Of a stretch of DNA of 52,067 bases, positions 48,170 to 52,067 are shown piece by piece. The notes under the pieces are model-generated. The model did not search any database. It saw only the letters and a list, made by a program, of their open reading frames with translations, and had not been told where the DNA came from. The number at the start of each line of letters is the position of its first letter. Within the stretch, counting starts at the first letter, position 1. The DNA is taken from IMG/VR virus record IMGVR_UViG_3300037245_001762, positions 1 through 52,067 of that record; one strand, 5' to 3'. A program made the translations under genes and the position numbers. Origin of the DNA: a virus. Taxonomy: Duplodnaviria > Caudoviricetes.

Positions 48170-49738
48170 TTAAACTGTTGCTGGTTCACCACCGACTGGC
48201 CATTTAGATTTCTGTACTCGTACAGGACTGGTTGTGGAATTCCAATTATTTGGATTCCATGATACTGTTAGTGATTGATCAAGTGGCCCTTTATCTACCC
48301 ATGTGTTTTTTTGTGGACTAGCATCTCCACCTAGTGTTGTCGTGTCCTTTGTTGTAAACTCTTCAAATCCTACAAATTCTGGCAGTCTTGACTTCTCCAT
48401 TAATCCGTTTTCAACCATATCCTTACCTATTTCATAAAGATCAGGTCTAAACATTGATGTTATCTTTGGTTTGTTATAGGTGTGTATAATTTTTATTGGT
48501 AAATCATCAGCATCATCCAATCTAAACAATACACGAAGTATTTTATCATAATATTGTGATTGTAACATTTTCTCTAATTTTAGTTTTTCTGGTAAAATCT
48601 CACTGTTAATAAACATGTCAATCTCTTCGGAGTTTGAATTTCCACCAAGTGCACCTTTATCACCTTCTGACAACATGAATGCTGGTATGTTATAGTATGC
48701 TAGTATGGCCTTTATACATCGTATTACTATTCTTTCTAGGCCTGCAATGTCACCAGAGTTTGTACTTGAACTTAATAGTTCTACACCACCTTCACCATCT
48801 GGGTCTTGAACTACTGCGATATCTTGTCCTTTTGATTGTGAGTTAGCAGTTAGAAAGGTGTCTAATACATTTTGTTCATTTCCAAAATCCTGTGGTTGTA
48901 TAGGTACACCAAACACCTTTGGTTGGTGCCATGTGGATTCTGCGGCATGTAAAAAGTCATCAGTAAATATAAGGTTAAGTACATTAGCAACGTTTGTCAC
49001 TCTGTCAACCTGGGAGTCACCATAGTGGTCTGCAAATAACTCCTGATTGAAGCCATTCTCTATATATATCATTCTTTCTGTAGGTAATATAAATTGTTGT
49101 GCACTAGTAAGTCCAACTATTTGTACACCGACCAGTTCTGACGTATTCTGATCAAGATAAGGTCTGAGTGTAAATTCTGGTCTTATTAGTCGTATGGATG
49201 TAGGCATATCAAACACACCATCATCATTTTCGTCTATAGGTGTCATGGCTAGTACACATCTGCCCTGTTCTCTCGCTGTTATGTATCCGTTAAATATATT
49301 TTCAGATAAATCCATATCGTTACTAATTTTGTCAATGTAATTCTTAATCTGTAATGGTGACATTTCCTTGTTAAAATATGGTACAAATAATGGTTGTTCA
49401 GATTTCCATATTTTTATACGCTCGTCATCTATGTCCTCATCAGATCTTGGCACAACATCTGTAATATAACCTTGACCACACACTAATTTTGTGATTATCC
49501 AATTTGCCTTATAGACATATGAATTTTGCATGGCAGCTCTGAATTCATCACGTTGTCCTTGTATGTAGGGATCAACTGGAGCCCATACCTGTAAACCATT
49601 AAAACTTAGCTCAGTTAGGCCCTTCTTTCTCCATAAGCTACTTTTCGATATTGTACGCTTAGATGTGGCACTTCTAAGTCTAGATGTAGGTTTTTCTGAT
49701 TTTGCCTTTCTAACTCTAGATTTCTTTTTAGAGACCAT
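48170..49738 (-). CDS. Portal protein
   Basis: 522 aa; G...L, HYGDS, ILAYYNIPAFML, F....ILP pattern. Confidence 0.8.
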   Translation of the reverse strand: MVSKKKSRVRKAKSEKPTSRLRSATSKRTISKSSLWRKKGLTELSFNGLQVWAPVDPYIQGQRDEFRAAMQNSYVYKANWIITKLVCGQGYITDVVPRSDEDIDDERIKIWKSEQPLFVPYFNKEMSPLQIKNYIDKISNDMDLSENIFNGYITAREQGRCVLAMTPIDENDDGVFDMPTSIRLIRPEFTLRPYLDQNTSELVGVQIVGLTSAQQFILPTERMIYIENGFNQELFADHYGDSQVDRVTNVANVLNLIFTDDFLHAAESTWHQPKVFGVPIQPQDFGNEQNVLDTFLTANSQSKGQDIAVVQDPDGEGGVELLSSSTNSGDIAGLERIVIRCIKAILAYYNIPAFMLSEGDKGALGGNSNSEEIDMFINSEILPEKLKLEKMLQSQYYDKILRVLFRLDDADDLPIKIIHTYNKPKITSMFRPDLYEIGKDMVENGLMEKSRLPEFVGFEEFTTKDTTTLGGDASPQKNTWVDKGPLDQSLTVSWNPNNWNSTTSPVRVQKSKWPVGGEPATV

Positions 49739-49777
49739 ATATAAGTGTTATTGCTGTAATACTATTTAAAGTATTTA
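49736..49777 (-). promoter_or_regulatory. Shared packaging-gene promoter, copy 2 (portal)
   Basis: CATATATAAGTGTTATTGCTGTAATACTATTTAAAGTATTTA. Confidence 0.85.
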
Positions 49778-49862
49778 TTATGCGGAGATCTAATATGTTA
49801 TTTAAACTAAAGTAACTTACTTTAAAGTAACAAATATATACTACGTTAACGTAAGATATGAT

Positions 49863-50048
49863 ATGAAACAACTAACACAAACAGATAGAAAAACAGTTGA
49901 TATGATTCAATTTTTAGAAAAAAAATATCAAATACAACTACTAGAGGGATATGGTATTCATACACAAGACATGAAAGAATATCAAAAAGTCAGACTTGAA
50001 TACCTACAAGTGATAGCACAAATACAAGATGAAGGTGTAAAAATATGA
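49863..50048 (+). CDS. Hypothetical protein
   Basis: ORF track; ends with a GGTG Shine-Dalgarno for the next small ORF. Confidence 0.45.
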   Translation: MKQLTQTDRKTVDMIQFLEKKYQIQLLEGYGIHTQDMKEYQKVRLEYLQVIAQIQDEGVKI

Positions 50049-50197
50049 TTAGACCCACTGACGAATGTTTTGTGTTATGTTCTGATAGTAATTGCTTTGC
50101 AGAACACCAGATTGTATTAAGAGCAGAAAAAGTCAATGTTTGTGTATTTGTAAGAAATTTGGGGTTAGTGAATTGGGATTAAAGGAGTTGAAATCTA

Positions 50198-50377
50198 ATG
50201 ATACCTAACTGGATAAAATTTGTGCCTGCTATTAATTTGTACGTAACAAAACTACAACCTTGTAAATGTGAGAGATGTGATTATATATGGTTTCCAAGAA
50301 TAAATTCTATTGGTGATATGAACATAAACACCTGTCCAAAATGCAAATCAAAGTTATGGAATATTCCAAAGTGTTAA
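50198..50377 (+). CDS. Archaeal-type Zn-ribbon protein
   Basis: Manual: CERCDYIWFPR...TCPKCKSKLWN. Confidence 0.65.
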   Translation: MIPNWIKFVPAINLYVTKLQPCKCERCDYIWFPRINSIGDMNINTCPKCKSKLWNIPKC

Positions 50378-50407
50378 TAAGTGTTGTGTGATGAATCTAT
50401 CTAACTT

Positions 50408-51007
50408 TTAAAAACCCTCAAATACGTTCCATGAATCATCAAAGTCAGGGTCTAAACCTTTTCTCATTCTGGTGTCTCTTGCAATACGTGACATTTTATA
50501 GGTGGGTACTCCATGGAAATGGTTTCTGGCAGCATAGCAAGCATATCCTAGAGCCCAAAATATATCATCATGACTTCTTGCTGGATGTCTATATAGGAGA
50601 TTTCCAGCATCCGATTTATAGGATTCCTGTTCTAGAATCTGTTTGAATAGATCTTTGTCACCTATCTCTAATTTGTCATTATGTGCTAGTGTGTGGATGA
50701 GGTTTATAATTTCCTGCTTTTTAGACATTGTTGAGACAACCTCCTCCATTGGAACTTCTTTTGGTAGAAATTCTGCTGCGGCGTCACCTACACCACTCCT
50801 GTCATAACATAGTTTGGTCATTCTGTATTTTTTATTTATTTTGTAAATACCCATCGCTTGTTCTTTATAATCTATATGATCCCATACCTTTTGTCCACAT
50901 TGTCGAAGAGTTCCGTCAAGATATTCCAATAAAACGAAAGCAGCTTGGTCAATTCATTACCGTTTGGCGGGATCGTAACCACCAAAGAAAACTGGAATCC
51001 CTACCAA
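50408..51007 (-). pseudogene. terL: Terminase large subunit nuclease domain interrupted by in-frame TAA TGA (pseudogene or recoded)
   Basis: TTG at 51007 after AGGTGGT: MVGIPVFFGGYDPAKR**IDQAAFVLLEY..., then YDRSGVG and HDDIFWAL. Confidence 0.75.
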
Positions 51008-51255
51008 AAAATACCACCTTTCCTACCATAATGTAATTCCTTATGACATGGTATACATAAAGAGACACCGTTATTCAGATTTAAAGATAATTTAGGATTA
51101 TTTTTTGTTATTTGCCATTCATGTTTACTATTACACCCACAACATATCCACCCATCTTTTATTTTTCTCCAGAGTGCTCTACCATTAGGTCTAATGTATG
51201 TGATATTAGAACCACAATCAACACAAATTCTATCCTTAGGAATTAAAACATTCAT
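51001..51255 (-). CDS. Zn-finger/HNH hybrid protein
   Basis: CVDCGS..TY...W...CCGC joined to the HNH C-terminal half NNGVSLCIPCHKELH. Confidence 0.65.
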   Translation of the reverse strand: MNVLIPKDRICVDCGSNITYIRPNGRALWRKIKDGWICCGCNSKHEWQITKNNPKLSLNLNNGVSLCIPCHKELHYGRKGGIFW

Positions 51256-51294
51256 ATATAAGTGTTATTGCTGTAATACTATTTAAGGTATTTA
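51253..51294 (-). promoter_or_regulatory. Shared packaging-gene promoter, copy 3 (HNH plus TerL nuclease)
   Basis: CATATATAAGTGTTATTGCTGTAATACTATTTAAGGTATTTA. Confidence 0.85.
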
Positions 51295-51315
51295 AATCGT
51301 GTAATTGTCTTTAGA

Positions 51316-51678
51316 TCAATTACTGTTTATAGGGTTGTTTGTGTATAAAAGATCTTTATATTGTTCATCAATTCTAGTATTGTCATTATATTGCACACCA
51401 CGTAGTTTGGTACCCTCTAGGTTAGCACCTGTCAGATCTACATTTGATAGGTTAGTGTATGCTAGATCTGCACCATACAAGTTGGCATTATGTAGATTAA
51501 CACCGTGTAGATTTGCACCAGATAAGTTAGCATTAGACAGATCACTACCATGCATATCTGTATTAGACAGATCAATATTGGATAGGTCTATACCAGTTAA
51601 ATCAGCATCATATAGTTTGGTATGACGTAGGTCCGTATTAGACAGACCTGATAAATCAGAACTCACATATGTTTTCAT
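51316..51678 (-). CDS. Pentapeptide repeat protein
   Basis: A(D/N)Lxx repeats. Confidence 0.85.
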   Translation of the reverse strand: MKTYVSSDLSGLSNTDLRHTKLYDADLTGIDLSNIDLSNTDMHGSDLSNANLSGANLHGVNLHNANLYGADLAYTNLSNVDLTGANLEGTKLRGVQYNDNTRIDEQYKDLLYTNNPINSN

Positions 51679-51875
51679 GTTGTGTTTATGTTATACATCC
51701 TATTTAAGTATTAATTATCTGGGACAGTTACAGCATGACCACTCTTTACAAGCATAATAAACATCTCCGAGATCATCTTCATCCCAACATGGTGCTTTCC
51801 AAGTAGAGCAAACAATCTCACATATATTACACTGTTGTTTTTCCCTAAATCTTTTTGAAATTCTGCCTGGTAACT

Positions 51876-52067
51876 TCAAGATGTCTCTACCCTTGGAGCT
51901 AAATAAAAATGTATTCTACCTATATTAGATACTTTAAACTCTACTTTAAGAGGTTTATGATCAGAGAATTCACACGTGATTAAACCGGATGTGTTTCCCA
52001 CTGCCTTTACTATGGGATTAAGGTATTCTAAACTGTAAGTACCTTCACTACCATCACCGGGGATTAT
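51876..52067 (-). CDS. pcn: PCNA sliding clamp, C-terminal part (gene starts beyond the window)
   Basis: Manual: ...GTYSLEYLNPIVKAVGNTSGLITCEFSDHKPLKVEFKVSNIGRIHFYLAPRVETS*. Confidence 0.9.
   Translation of the reverse strand: MIPGDGSEGTYSLEYLNPIVKAVGNTSGLITCEFSDHKPLKVEFKVSNIGRIHFYLAPRVETS

Noticed and set aside
50945-50970. Bulge-helix-bulge intron removing the stop doublet
   Set aside because: 6 nt is too short, and the best BHB-like register I could draw removes 13 nt, which is out of frame
1-52067. Circular completeness, integrase/att sites, canonical tRNA or rRNA
   Set aside because: The two ends cut different genes, and none of these features was recognisable

Overview
AT-rich, gene-dense segment of a head-tail (HK97-fold) archaeal virus or provirus, mostly coded on the minus strand. 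The host is most likely Nitrososphaeria/Thaumarchaeota: there is a Nitrosopumilus-like PCNA C-terminus at the right edge, archaeal MCM, RadA, single-OB SSB and Hjc-like resolvase, and TATA-box promoters just upstream of start codons. The window carries head genes (portal, prohead protease, scaffold, cement, MCP), tail genes, fibre/adhesin genes, a replication-recombination block and many small accessory ORFs. The main oddity is the DNA-packaging module. The large terminase is split into an ATPase-only gene (16.5-17.4 kb) and a nuclease-only gene (50.4-51.0 kb). These two loci and the portal gene share a near-identical ~40-bp promoter, and the nuclease gene has an in-frame TAA-TGA doublet inside its first catalytic motif. 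Other signals: a slippery A-AAA-AAC site that would fuse the protease to an ADP-ribosyltransferase-like domain, a one-gene cassette bounded by 28-bp inverted repeats, a DUF2341/LamG module nested inside another between 9-nt direct repeats, several structured intergenic RNA candidates (one tRNA-like) and a 17x12-nt coding repeat that varies only at non-synonymous sites. All functional calls come from motif recognition by eye; no searches were run.
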